Assembly (NCBI GenBank): GCA_036172245.1
Contig: JAYWIR010000023.1
Span: 1,674,001 to 1,738,000 of the forward strand
Direction: 5' to 3'
From: Raillietiella orientalis
Lineage: Eukaryota
DNA length: 64,000 nucleotides
The notes beneath the pieces were generated by a model, which made no database searches, was not told the origin of the DNA, and was given only the letters and a program-made list of their open reading frames with translations. Every line of letters begins with the position of its first letter. The first letter of the stretch is position 1. The translations under genes and the position numbers were made by a program. Positions 50,900-63,300 of the stretch are shown here, in pieces.

Positions 50900-51898
50900 T
50901 TGAGTCATTCTGACCACGCTCGTGCTGAGGCTCGCTTCTGACTCACGTCCCAGCCATGCCGCTGCAGTCCACACGAGGGCGTTGGAGATGCCCGATAACT
51001 GCCACATGCTTCCTCCATTTTGGCCATCACTGCTGAGGAGGCAGCTGGTTAGACGAGATGGTGGGTATTTTCTCGAAAAGTGTCTGAGGATATATCATCA
51101 AAGAGTTGGAAAGTCCCTGCGCGTTAGGACGTTTGCTGCAGCCTCAGGGACATTCTATCAGCTCGTGAGGAAGAGATACCACTATTCCTTAGTGGTAACA
51201 TTCCTTGGGGATCCTCCCGCTGAGGTGTGCTGGCATTCCTCCCTTGGAGAAAGGCCGTGGATAGCATTGGAAAGATGGCGGCGTGCTGGTAGCGAAGGGA
51301 AAGGACGAAGTCCTCGATCAAGAAGCCTGGAATCTCCAATTTTCCACAGAGAATCTCGAGGAAGTCGATTCTCCCTTGCGGGCCCTGAGCGAGGTCCTTG
51401 GGTGTTTTCTCCGTGCGTCAGTCACGACGGCTTCGATTGAGCACGGTCCGGTAACCTCCCACGATCCAGAAGGTGGCCTCCCACGCTGGAGGATGCCGAC
51501 GGAGTGGCTCTGTTGCAGGCGTAAGAGGTGCCAATGGTGTTGTAACGGTTCGTCTATGCGGTCTAAGAAGCATCTCAAGGCCTCGCCGAAAGAGAACCTG
51601 TGAAGTCGCACTGCTGTTAGGGAGAGTTGGCCTCCATCCAGGCGCATCCACGTCGGTGGTGATTCCTGCCTTTTTTCTATCGACTGATTAATTGAGTAAA
51701 GATTTCTCCTGGAAGGAGCAGAGTCACCATTAGCAGAGGGAAGAGGGAAGGAAGGAGGGTAGAAGGAGAGAGAAGAGGTCCACCCCTTCGCAAGATCCAT
51801 CCCTGGACTTTGCAGCCGGCAATTGCGATTCTGGAAAATTCGGTAGGAAAAGATATTTAACAAAACTCTAAAACCTGCATCCTCGCTCTCTACTTGAG
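50900..51898 (+). mobile_element. Degraded gypsy-type pol/RT fragment (copy 2)
   Basis: PEGGLPRWRMP (TPxGxYRxxRMPFG). Its 3' 200 bp is a direct repeat of 48318-48482. Confidence 0.45.
51699..51898 (+). repeat. Direct repeat A2 with an extra purine-rich tract of about 34 bp (51739-51772)
   Basis: Aligns by eye to 48318-48482 apart from the purine tract. Confidence 0.92.
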
Positions 51899-53498
51899 TT
51901 CTCCAAGTGTCTGCTCAGTGGTCGGCAGGGATATCCATTCGAGATCCTCCAATGGCACCGTAATGAAGAGTAAATGGAGTGGACCCAGTCCGCTCACGCG
52001 GTTGCGCGAGCGTATTTAAAAATCATCGTCCTATTCCTCCTCCTTTTTTCTGCCTTTTTTTCTGTCGTCGTCGTCGCCAACACCTCTGGCGGCGTGGCCA
52101 TGCTCCTCCTCCTCCTGGCCACGTCGACTTTCGAGCTTACCGTTCTGCGCTGGTCACATCCACGTGCCTCTACCGGTCCTCTGTCGATCCCTCTTTCCGC
52201 AATCCACGCCTCCGCGATTCTCCACCGTCCTCCTCCCCATGAGTGAGGCTGAGGCTCGGGAGGAGGAGCCTACCATCCAGCAGAGTATTCGAGCTTCCGC
52301 TCCTTTCCTCGCCTCCAGTAGTCACTCCCTGTCGAGAAGGCTGCACGCGGTTGCGAGCCTGGGGACATGAAGTCCCCAAAAGAAGGAAGAGGTGAGCGGA
52401 GTCATCCGATCGCCGTCCGACGCGATGGCGATACACACGTGCGGCACGCGACGACGCTTGCTACAAGCGTCCCGAGACCTAGGCTTGGCGTGATGGGAGG
52501 GGCTGAACATCAAGTTGCACAGATTCTGGATCGATCGCGCGTCTTCTGTGGCTCCTGGTCGCCTGAGGGATGCTTCGCGTGAGGGAAAGAGTAGAGTAGG
52601 AGGCAGTGGATGACTATTTCAGAGGCGGACCGTCCCATCCATCGTTGCCAAGTGTGGTCTGTATATTTCCGCCCTTCTCCTCCCAAACCCCCTTCTGGTC
52701 TCCGAACTTGCAGCCGTGCAGCTTGGAGGACCCCGAAGACGCCTCGACGAAGTGAGGACTCTCGACCCTGCAGGTCTCTTTCCCCTCTCCTAAGGCGCCT
52801 GTAGGTCGGCTCAGTGACCAGCTCCTCCCGAAAAGATGTCAGCCCCTTGATGAAGCACTGATTGCCGCCGAGACGCGAACGGCCGGAGACTTCGGGACTT
52901 CCCGCCGAGCCGGCCGGCCGCAGCTCAGAAAGGGGGGGGAAGGTAGCTCGGTGAAGATTGATGGCATTGAGGGGGAGGAAACCCTCGGCTTCCCACGCCT
53001 CCACCTACAGCCTCACCTTCCTGAAGAATCGATCTCTTCCCAAGTCAACTCTTCAGGAGCTTGCGAGGACCTGACCCAGATCTTGACCCATTCACTCCAT
53101 GGATGTGGATGGCGTCTTGCAAGATTTTGGTCGCCGGAGGAGGGGAGAGAGAAACGGAAATTTCCTGGGACATGGATCGCGTCTCTCCTCGCGCGCCCTG
53201 GGGTCGGCGTGGGAACGATCCCCGTGACCTCAGGTTCCCAAAAGGGCGGCGCTAGGGACACCCTCGGCGAGGCAAAGTCGTCGTCATGAGCTCGGCAAAG
53301 CATCCAGTGGACCTCGGAAAGTCCTTCTCTCTTCCCCGAATACGAGGGGTAGGGGTGATTCTCAGACACATGTGTTTCTTCCAGAAGCACGAGTCCTGCC
53401 TCCCCGAACCTCTCCTGCGCCAGCAGAGCAATTGGAGTGCTCTTTTTGAGATGGGTCCGTCCGACTCCCTCAATCCCTTTTTTGCTATTGTTCCTTGC

Positions 53499-53697
53499 AT
53501 GCACGCGCAGCCGGATCGCCCTCGGATCGAGGGGTCGAAGGGACCGCTCCCTGTGCACCCCCTCCTGGTTGCCGATCGAAGTCCTGCGCAGACGGCCGAA
53601 CGCCATACCTCCCGGCGATCTGAAAAGACGCTCTCAGCCTCGGCCCTCTCACTATCTGCCCGGCCAACGAGAGGTTCAGAGCGCGGGAAGTTGGGAC
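53499..53697 (+). repeat. Direct repeat B1 (partner 55943-56157), possibly a LINE RT fragment on the minus strand
   Basis: Shared blocks TCGAAGGGACCGCTCCC, CCCCCTCCTGGT, CCTCCCGGCGATCTG and GCCCGGCCAACGAGAGG. Confidence 0.9.
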
Positions 53698-55921
53698 TTG
53701 CGGCGAGCGGGCAGGGAGCGTAGGAAAAGGCTGCCTGCCCTCCGCGCACGTCTCCGGTGCCCAGATTCCGCGTCAGTTGCTCCTCGACCCTCCTTCCCGG
53801 AAGAGGTCCCAGGCTCCATGAGATTCGTGGACTCCCCGCGTTCCCGCTACGCTCCTTGCAGAAGCTTCTCGCCTCGGAGCCCGCATCTCTACCACAGGAA
53901 TCTGCGATCTTCCCTCACAGCCCAAGGACAGGCGATGACGATCCATGCAGGACGAAGCGTTGCCGCAGCATCCGCATCCGACCCGTTTGACGCGATGGCG
54001 GCGTGTCCTCTCTTTTCCTTCTCCTCCTCAGCTTCCTGCTCTCCAAAGGAACGCTCCGCATTTCCATGTTCCCGCAGCTCCCTCCGGGATACTCGCTCCC
54101 GTGAAAGGCGGCAGCAAGCTGGGAGGGACAAAGAGCTAGGAGGAGGGCCGAGATTCCTCCCTCAGCGGGCAAGTAGACGCCCTCGATTTGCTTCCTCCGG
54201 GAAGCGTAGGGAGGATCGCCTTCCCTTCTTCCTCCTATTCCCGGAAGGGACCTTACGCGACTCCTTCTGCGCGGTCTGGTTGCAGTCGCTCCCCGTCTTC
54301 CTCCTCTCTCGCTTCGCCCGCAACGCAATCCGCACGCCCTTACTGCCGGAAGAGAAGAGGACGAGGGCAGACGGGACTCCCGGAGCATGGCGAAGGTCGC
54401 GCCGGCGACCCAAAGAGGGCGTGCGCGCCATGGGCGGGCAGCCTCGAATGATGGTTCGGAGGCGCTCTGGGCAGTCTGAAAGGGGATGGGTAAGAGGATC
54501 GATCGAGCTCCGACTGCACGGAGTCAGGAAGGTCGCGGGAGGGGGCGAAACGCTGTCGCACTTCCCCACTACGTCTCCGATCCGGGGGGGACCGTCACAA
54601 GGGGGTCAGCGAGGGGGGGGGTCGCGCGAGGCAAGGGCACTCCCGGAGTTGGAACAGCTCTCGCCGGGCTGCCGTCTGCAGCTCGCGGCTCTCCTGGAAC
54701 TTTCGAGAGCAGGAAGGTCCTGGGTGAGCATCCGACGCGCAGAGAGCTCCTCCGGACCCCCATCGTGCGTGCGCGCGAAGCCCTTCGTGTCGCAGAGAGA
54801 CGACGTCACCGACCCTCCTGGGGCGTTTGGCCGTTTTCCGTCCCCTCCGCGTTCTTCCCTGTTGCTGGACGGACGGACGCCGCCTGGAGGTGCCGGTCCC
54901 TTCCGGTTCCGGAACACTCGAAGCGGCGCGTCCCGGAATCTGGATGAGGGTAGTCTTCGATTGGTGGCGGTGCCGTCACCCCCTCCACAAATCCGCCTCT
55001 CCTTTCGCAAATGCGAGGACTCGCGTCGCTCCGCGCTTGCTCCCCTGGGGGCGCGCGAGCGCAGCCCTGCGCAGCGGGGGTGCGCTCGGCACTCCGAGAG
55101 GGAGGGAAGGAGGAGAAGGCTGTGGTCCCGGAGGGATTGTGCGTTTCCTCCCCCTCTCCTCCCCCTCTCCTTCCTCCGCGGGCGAGACTGAGCTCTTCAG
55201 GCATCCGCACCCTCCTCTTGAAATTGCCCCGGGCGACCCAGCAAAGCAGGGACTGGTCCTCCAAGACATCAGAGAGGACGGCAATAATGGGAGGAGAAGA
55301 CCGACCCCGAGGATGTCACCAGAAGGCGGAGGATGAAGGTGTGGCTCTGCTGCACCGTTCCCCCGAAGCGGAGGAGTTCGCAGCTCCCGAATTCCCGTCC
55401 TTCACCCTACCGTCCAGGCAGCCGCCGCGTGCCCCGTGGAGGGGAAATGAGGGAGCGCGGAGAATACGACGGAAGGTCCCCGTGGAAATGTGAGCAGCGT
55501 CATACGCGCTGTTTGCGATGCGCGAAGGCACGCTACCCACTTCCCCCCTCCTCCTCCTCCTCTGTGAGTAGGAAGCGTCTAGGTTCGCAAGAGGGCGCCA
55601 GAGGAGGCCCTCGTGCTGTTTCTTCCTGGGGGATGCCAGGAGAGGAGGCACTTCCGTAAGACTTGTCCCCATTCTCCCTGCACCCCTCCTGTCTAACGGG
55701 AACCGGGGGAGCGAGGGAGCGATGGCGTGTCCACGGCAGTAGAAGGACAAGGAGTAGAGGAAGGGAACAGAGAGAGCTCCTATCTTCGCCCCTCCCTTGG
55801 GACACCTCTGGCTCCTTCCCTAAGGAATCACCTCTCGATGGTCCTCCTTGGGAAAGCTCCCTCATCTCAGGGATCCTTCACGTGGCCGCCCTTCGTTCTC
55901 GACAGCGCTCGCTGCCGGAGT

Positions 55922-55998
55922 CGCTTCAGCCGTGCAATTGGGATGCACGGCTGAAGCGGCCGATCCCTTCGAGCCCTCGGACCGAGGGCTCGAAGGGA
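55922..55998. repeat. Two adjacent perfect inverted repeats (15-bp stem with 7-nt loop, 17-bp stem with 1-nt loop)
   Basis: CGCTTCAGCCGTGCA-attggga-TGCACGGCTGAAGCG (55922-55958) and TCCCTTCGAGCCCTCGG-a-CCGAGGGCTCGAAGGGA (55964-55998). Confidence 0.95.
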
Positions 55999-56157
55999 CC
56001 GCTCCCCGCGCAACCCCCTCCTGGTCGCCGACCGAACTCCCGCGCGAGTGACCGAATGCCGTGCCTCCCGGCGATCTGGGAAGACACTTGCAGCCTCGTC
56101 CCCTCCACCATCCGCCCGGCCAACGAGAGGGCCAGAGAGAGGACGGGAGGATGGGAC
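55943..56157 (+). repeat. Direct repeat B2
   Basis: Diverged copy of 53499-53697. Confidence 0.9.
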
Positions 56158-59100
56158 GGTTCACTCTACAGGGGGAGATGGAAGTGGTGCCCGCCGCACT
56201 CTTGCTCGCGTCCATAATCCGCCCATGCACAGCTCTGTGTGCGCCTGCGGGCCGCGCAGCAGCCACATTTGCGCCGGATGCAAAAGCCGGAACCCATGCT
56301 TGCGTTTGCGCAGCGCAGCATCTATGCACTCACATCAGAGTCGTGGCGGTGCGTGCAGCAGCACAGTATACCGCAGGCACCGAGCAGCAACACCCACCCA
56401 TGCCAGTGAGCGGCAGAAGAGCGACGGTGAGGTCGCCGGATAACATGGAGTCACCGACAAGGTCCGTGCAAAACAAGAGCTCGCGTGCTCCGTCTCGTTC
56501 AGGCAGAGAAGAAATTCTCGGTTGTCTGGCAACCGACCCCTTCGCGGCATCCCCAAGAGTTTCGGAGGGCAAGGAATTGGTATTCTGACTCCCTGCGCAC
56601 AAGACCCGTGGGCAGGAGACTTTGTGATCCCCACGAAGCGTCCTAACTGGGGACTGACCTTTGCGGGGATGCTGCAGTGCCTTCCAAAGGAGGATCCCGT
56701 GGAATGACTCCCCAGGAGACGGAAGGAAGAACCCCTTCCCTAAGGCGGCAAGGATCTCTGTACACCCCAAGGGAGCTCCGAGACCCTTCCCCTCTGACTA
56801 GAGGGAGCAGTCCCTCCTGCGGAAAAGGGGGGAGGCTGCCACTCCACCCTTGCAGCATCCGAGAACGTCCCGAGATCCTTCGCGCTGGTAGACACTTTCT
56901 CTGATCTCCCGCGATCCTGCAGGAAGCCTCCCCCGTTCCTCCCTCCAGGAGAGTCGGTCGCTTCCTGGTTAATCCCGAGATCTCCCCGGACGAAATGCCT
57001 TCTCCGAAGGGAGCCCCACGGGAGCCCCATTCAACCTTTCCTCGATCCCCAGGCTCTTTCTCCTCCTGTCAACAAGAACCCCCTCTTCCTGCCTTTCTCG
57101 GTCCCTCCATTTCGAGGAGGAGGAAAGGAAGGCATGGACTCGTTCCCCTTTCTTTCCGAACGTCCCTTTCCCCGCGCGCGTCCCCGCAAGAAGGGGCGGC
57201 GGGCGAAGCGCAAAAATAGGAGGAGTTCAAGGAACCGCGCGGTTCCCGGCCGGGGTGGAGGACGGACGTTCTGAAGCATCCCTGCTCTGTCTTACCTCTC
57301 CTCCTGGATTCCCTTTCTTCCTTCCGGGAGATCCCCCCCTTCCCTCCTCCCAAAGCGAAGGATGCATGGGGAGCGTCGGCCTTCCTCCCCGTCCCTCTGC
57401 CCGCGGAAGAGAGAAATGGGGATCCAGGGATTCTGACGACAGGCGGCCTCCCCCCTCGCCCCGGCGCCGACCGAGGGAGGCGTTCCCTGTTGTCACGGTG
57501 ACAGATGGGAAGATTTCGCCGGGCGACTCCCGAGCGGCCGGGATCCGCGGAAAGTCGAGAAGGCGGGAAGAGGGGAGGGAAGCTTCCGAGGCGCGTCCAG
57601 GAAGAAGGGGGGAGGAGGGAGAGGAAAGGAGGGAAGAACGAGGAAGCGCCTCGTTCCCGGGATGAGGGGACGTCCGGTCCGGCAGAATCCAGGAGAGGGA
57701 TGAGGGAACAGCTCTCTGGGAGTGGGAGTCGGGGATACTTCGATGTCACGGAAAAGGGAGGTGTGGGTGGCCCTTCCTGCCTTGAACGGGAAGCTGCTGC
57801 TCGCCCTCCGGATGATCTCAGGAGGAAGAAGAGGAATGGGAAGAGGAGGAGCAGAGGAGGAGGAGGTCAGTGGTCGAGGGAAGCTTCCCCGTGTACCCGC
57901 AGGAATCCGGTGAACAGAGAAGGAGAGGCCTCGCAGGCCAACACCGGGATATCTTCTTTCCCGATCCCTTTCTCCGACATCGACGTGGATCTCCCCTCCC
58001 TTTTCCCCACATGCAGCTGCGGGCGGCTGCCTTCCAGGCAGCGAATGAAAAGATGTCGAATCTCCAGGAACTGCAGGTGCTGGGAGAGTCGAGGGAGGGA
58101 TCCAGAGGACGGCCCTGAGTGAGGATGCAGACGGATCTGGGGACGCCTCTTCTTGCTCCCTGAAGGACCATTCCTTGGCAGTGCAGCCTCAGCGATCACG
58201 TTGCGCCCCGCCGTTTCGAGCGATGTTAAAAAGGAAAGGGGGAAGGAGGAGGAGGAGGAACAGAAGACGTTGCAGAGGAGGGCGCTTGGAGGCGAGCGGC
58301 TGGAGGAAGTTGAGGCTAATGCTCTTGTAACCCGAGGAACGAACTCTTATGGGGGTGGTCGTGCGGAGTCGCGCAGCTTCGCCAAGCCGCAGCAAAAAAG
58401 AACGGCGCGACGCCAAGGGGCGAAACGAAACGACCGGCCTCTGCTGCCGTTCTCCATGCGGGCATTCGCCTCCTCCTCCTCCTCTCCCCCCTCCACTGCA
58501 CGAGCACGCGCAGCACGCGGATGCGTTTCGGGGGTCACGTGACAGATACAGACCTCCATCCTGGAAGGCCCCGAGCGCTCTCGCGCTCGCTAGGCAACGC
58601 ACTGTTGCCTGGCAACCGATTCCTCGGCAAAAACGAGTCAGAGCCAGGTCGCTGCCGCCACCATAATGGCCGGTTCCCGGGCGATCCTCCGAAGTGCGCA
58701 CCCCGGTCGGCCATCCGTTCAGGCGGCGCAGGAGGGCTGCCGCCTCCCAGCGCGCGAGCTGATCGTGCATGCGCACGCGCGCGGAGAGCCGACGCCTCCT
58801 GCCCTTTCCTCCCCTACTCACACACCCGCTAGCTCCTCCGTGTCTCCAAGGCCATCCACCGAACGCGGCAAGCGGGACACCCGAAAGAGGAGAGGCCCAC
58901 CGTGCTCTCCCGGAGGCGTCTTCAGACTGGGGATGTCCCTGAGGCCGAGCGGGCGCCTCGGCAGAAACATGGAGTTCGGGACATCCTCATCTTCTCCGTT
59001 CCTCCTCCTCCGTTGTCTGCAGCCCTGCTGCTGCGAAGCTCCGGAAGAAGCGACTCGGATGAATCCACCTGGAAGTTGCGATCCTCGCGCCTCCAGCCCT

Positions 59101-59829
59101 GGGCAATAAAAAACGGCACCACCCGCTTCATAAGATCGGCAGGTAGCCGGGAAGATTTATTAGCAGCGGTTTGCTTCGGAAACGGGGAAGGGACGCACGC
59201 GAGCGCGCGAAGAAGGCGACCGGAGGGCGTTCCCGGCGCCTTCCGCCGGGGTGCTTGGCGAGAAAGGAAAACAATGGAACCCGCTTTGCACGCGGCCGCG
59301 GATTAACAGGTGAAGCGCGGCGGAGCGTGGCAGCACGGCATCTTCTCGGACGCAAGCATCCGCTCCGGCAACAGCCCCGGGCATGGCGGCGAGCGGGGGC
59401 ACTCGCCCCGAGACGGGTCGGATCTTCGACGCCCGGAGGGCGAGCGCGTCTACGCGGGCGGTTCAGGAGAACGGGAAAGCGCCGGCGAGGGGGGAGCTTA
59501 CGGCCTCGGAGGAGAGCTGCGCGCACGCGCCGCTGGCGAGGCCGCGGTGCGCGTGCGAAAGAAGGGCGCGTCCTCGGTGACGGGGCGACGACCACATTGG
59601 CAACGGGTGCGCTCTCAACAGGACTCGCCCCCTCCCCGTTCCCGTTCCGAACGCGGCAGCGCCTTCGGGCAAGAGCAAAATCCCCGCCGAGCCGGCAAAG
59701 CGCTCCCACGCGCAGCGCTGCCATGGAAACGCGCGGAGAGGAAAGTGCGGAAGGGGAAATGGAACGGCGCTCGCGCAGAGTTCTTCCCCTCTCCTGCTTA
59801 TCGCGCCTTCTGGCGCTAGAGCGCTGATA

Positions 59830-60090
59830 AACCACATAGCAAACGTCGGACTTCCTCCGTGACGCAAGAGCGCGCCTTTTATCTCCGGCCTGGAACGACC
59901 CGGAGCAGCTTCGACCGAACCCTCGAAGACTGAAGCTCCTCCGTCACTCTCTTGGATTTCCACCCGGGTGCGCAGGGGCATTGACTTAATAAAAGATAAA
60001 CGTTTGCAAAGTTTGTGGTAGGGCCGGCTATCCAGCCACGTCCATTTCCAAAGGAATCTGCCTGGTTTCCGGTACGCAGACCGGTGAGGT
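59830..60090 (-). mobile_element. Possible CR1-like RT fragment
   Basis: WLDSRPYHKLCKRL resembles AFDSVPHxKLxxKL. Confidence 0.27.
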
Positions 60091-60349
60091 TCTCCTCGGG
60101 AGCAGAGGGGAAGGGATAAACGAAAGGAAAAGAAAAATGAATAGAGAAACTTGGCAGGGTATGGGAAGAGATCACGTTCTGCTGGGGAGGCAGGGGGGGT
60201 CCTGTGCATCCTTCCGAGGACGCAGGCAAGTTCTAGCTGCATGTTCTTCAGGTGGGGCCATCTTGTTGCCATCCTCACGAAGCGGGTGGCAAAGTTTATG
60301 TGATGTCCCTGTCACTACGCCCTCCTCTTGCATCACTCCAGACCTCTAC

Positions 60350-63300
60350 AATCCCGCGTGGGAAGCAGAGAGCTTCCAGCGAGGCTGCTGGCCGAAGGAC
60401 GTCGCGTTTGAAAAGTCTTGCAGTGTCCCTGGGGTTGCCACTCGTAATACCGAGGGTCGTCTCAGAACGTTCCCATGGTGGTTGCCGGGCAACTCAATCC
60501 ACAGGCAGGTGCGGGAGGGGTTCACGTTCCCCGCACCTGACACAATTGGGGTTCACACGTACTCCGGGTCCATTGATGCCTGTGGGCATTGCACGGGAGA
60601 CCCTGATGCAGCAGCATCAACGCCGACTCCCGCCATATTGAAGGGAGGGGTGCGAGCATCCAAGAGAGCACTGGGAGACCACTGTACATCTTCCAGCTGA
60701 ATGTCCGGCAGCTCGCCCCAGAGCAGGTCCTCGAGGTGCGCTCGTCACTCGGGGTCGCAGAGTCTGTGAGCTGACCCGTCGTCCACTCACGCAGTTCTTT
60801 TCCACTGCCAGGAATTTCTGCTGAGTCCTCCCATCTAGCCGGAAGGCTGCAGCGTATGCATTCCCTCAGGGAGGGCAGCGCTGCTGCGAGGAAGGTGCTG
60901 CCTGCCCACGCACTCTTCGCGGGACTCTCGACAATCTCCCGGAGCAAGCAGTTGCTGTAGTAGCAGTGCGACAATCGCTGCGCCCGTTCCGGAAATCCCT
61001 CTGTGGTCTTCGCCCACGCGCGAACGGCTTCCTGCAACCAGGCACCACTGCTTTCTCGGGGCAGGACAGGAGATCCAACTGCTGCTCGTCCTGGTAGGCG
61101 TAGCCACCCGCCGGAGCTGCAGCCCGCAGTGGGAGACGCCGCGGCAATGACGCGCAGAGGAAGGACACGAGTCCTGCGCTGCCAGTGCCTTGCTGGACGA
61201 GCAGATGCGCAGGCTCCCTCCAGGTGGAGCTCCAGAACTTCTCCACGAGGGCAAGGATCCGAAATCGGAGCTGCAGCAGTTCCATCCACTGCAGCGCCAG
61301 GAGTCGAGGCCGCTGCCATCCCTCCCTTGGAGGTCTTCGTTTATCTGCGCTTCGGCGGCTTTGCTCCGGACGAACCACGTGACCGCGCCTGAGCTCGCCC
61401 TTTGCCTGGCATCCCCGGGCACATTTCCGACGAGGCGCTGATCTTCCAGCATCCGGAAGGAGGAGGAGGGAGGGGAGAGAGAAGAGGCAGCGGCCGGCTG
61501 CCCGTCCTCCCACGCGGAGTCGCTCGCCGCGTGAGTGGAGAACCGCGGAAGGTCGCGAGAGCCTCCGCCGCCGCTGGACCACCTCCCTTTCAGTCGCTGG
61601 AGGATCAGGAGGGCATGGCCTCTCCTCAGGACCGGGTGAATCCCCGCGGCAAAGGGGCGTTCCGGGTGGGTTGCTCTCTGTTTGCAAACCCAGCCACCCT
61701 TGGGGAGGACCCGGAAGGATCCCTCCTTTCCCGACCCTCCCCTCCTAGACACAAAGGGCCGATCACGTCCCCGACGCATCCCGGGAGCAAAGCGTGAACC
61801 TTCCCTTCTTCCTTCGTGAGGTGGCAGGAAAGTGCTATCCCGCCCTCCAACCCTCACGTCCTCGGGAGCGGGAAGAGAGACTCTCTGGAGCACCTTTCGA
61901 GTACTTCGCCCGTTGCGCCGCCACCCTAGGGAGAGCGACCCAAACCTTCCCGATCGGTACGAGCAGCCAGCCTCATCCCTATAGCGCGTTTCGGGATGCG
62001 TCGCTGAATGCGCGCGGGGCTGGAAGAGGAGAGGTAGATCCGGAAAGGCGGAACTTGTCTTCGGTGGGGGAGGGGGAGGGGACAGAGCTGCTGCATCCCG
62101 CCTCTGAGAGCGCAGGGAAAGTCAAATCCAGAACGGATACGGTCGGAGTCTCGTTCCGTGCCGCCATCCTGCCTCGCACGGGGAGCCCCTCTGGATAATC
62201 CCGAGAGAAAGAGGAATAAAGGGAGGGGGGGCAGGGAAAGGAATGGGAAGAGAAGGAGCGGAGGAGGCCCTTCACCGTCCCCCTCTCCTGCCGATGAGAG
62301 GGCAGGAACGAGGACACGGGAAAACCGGAGACGACCCACGCAGGAGGAACTGGAAGTGGTGCCCCACTGCGCACATCCTCGCGTCCCGAAAGATCCGCCC
62401 ACGCACAGACCGACGAGCGAAGGAATGCGACCGCTCCCACCTGCCACGGGCGGGTGTGTCATACGGAAAAGTGCTGGCGCCTAGGCTTCCGAGAAGCCGG
62501 AAGAAGTGCCCGTCCTCCCCTCTTCCTCCGCGGAGGGACGGCGGGAAGAGGAGAGTCCCTCCGGCCGCCCTCCGAACGTGTGTCCTGGAGGAACGGGTGC
62601 GCGGGCACTCCCGAGGTAGCCCGAGCCTGTAGAGTCCGCGGACGGCTACAAGACGTCACTGGTAGCGCTCCGGGATGGATGGGGTGCGCTCCGTCGCGAC
62701 GGCGGCTCCTTCACGCCCTCCCCCCCCCCTCCACCCAGGCTGCAAGCGAAGGTCGGAGGAAGCGGAGGGGGAGGAGGTGAACCGTCTTTCCGGAGAGTTT
62801 CGCTGGTGTCTGCTAGGTGCGCTCATATTTCGGTCCCTTGGAACGTCGCTGTCCCCAGGCATCGAGTCCTCCCCGCGGAGGAAGGTCACACGCCTGACTC
62901 GCTTCAGCATCCGACGGAGGTGCTGCCCTCCCTCGCTCTGCGGCACGGCGGCGGGTCGGGGAAGACGAAAAGAAGGCGGCCGAAGGAGCTTCTCTTCCCC
63001 TCCCTCCACCTGCCCTCCCCCCTTCTCTCTCCCTCCCCTTGTTGGTGTTCCCTCCTTCCACGTTGTGCTCCCTTCCTGGGTACACGGAAGCTCCCTCTCT
63101 CCGTTCGTCTCCAGGAACGGAGAAGACCTGCGGCTTCCCCCCCCACCCCCACCCCTCCGCGGTCTTCCTCACAATGCCAGGAGGTGCGCGCGTCTCCAGG
63201 GAGGCCTCGTGCGGGTCGTCTCTCCCCCCCCGGCTGGCCGCTGGCCCTCCGGGACCATGATCTGTCGTGCCGAGCGAGCTCGAAGTGAGCGCCCTCACCT

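Noticed and set aside
53437..55191. 584-aa + strand ORF, the longest in the track
   Set aside because: Arg/Ser/Pro/Gly-rich with no domain motif, overlaps a dispersed repeat, and many other frames are equally open. Typical GC-rich stop-codon depletion.
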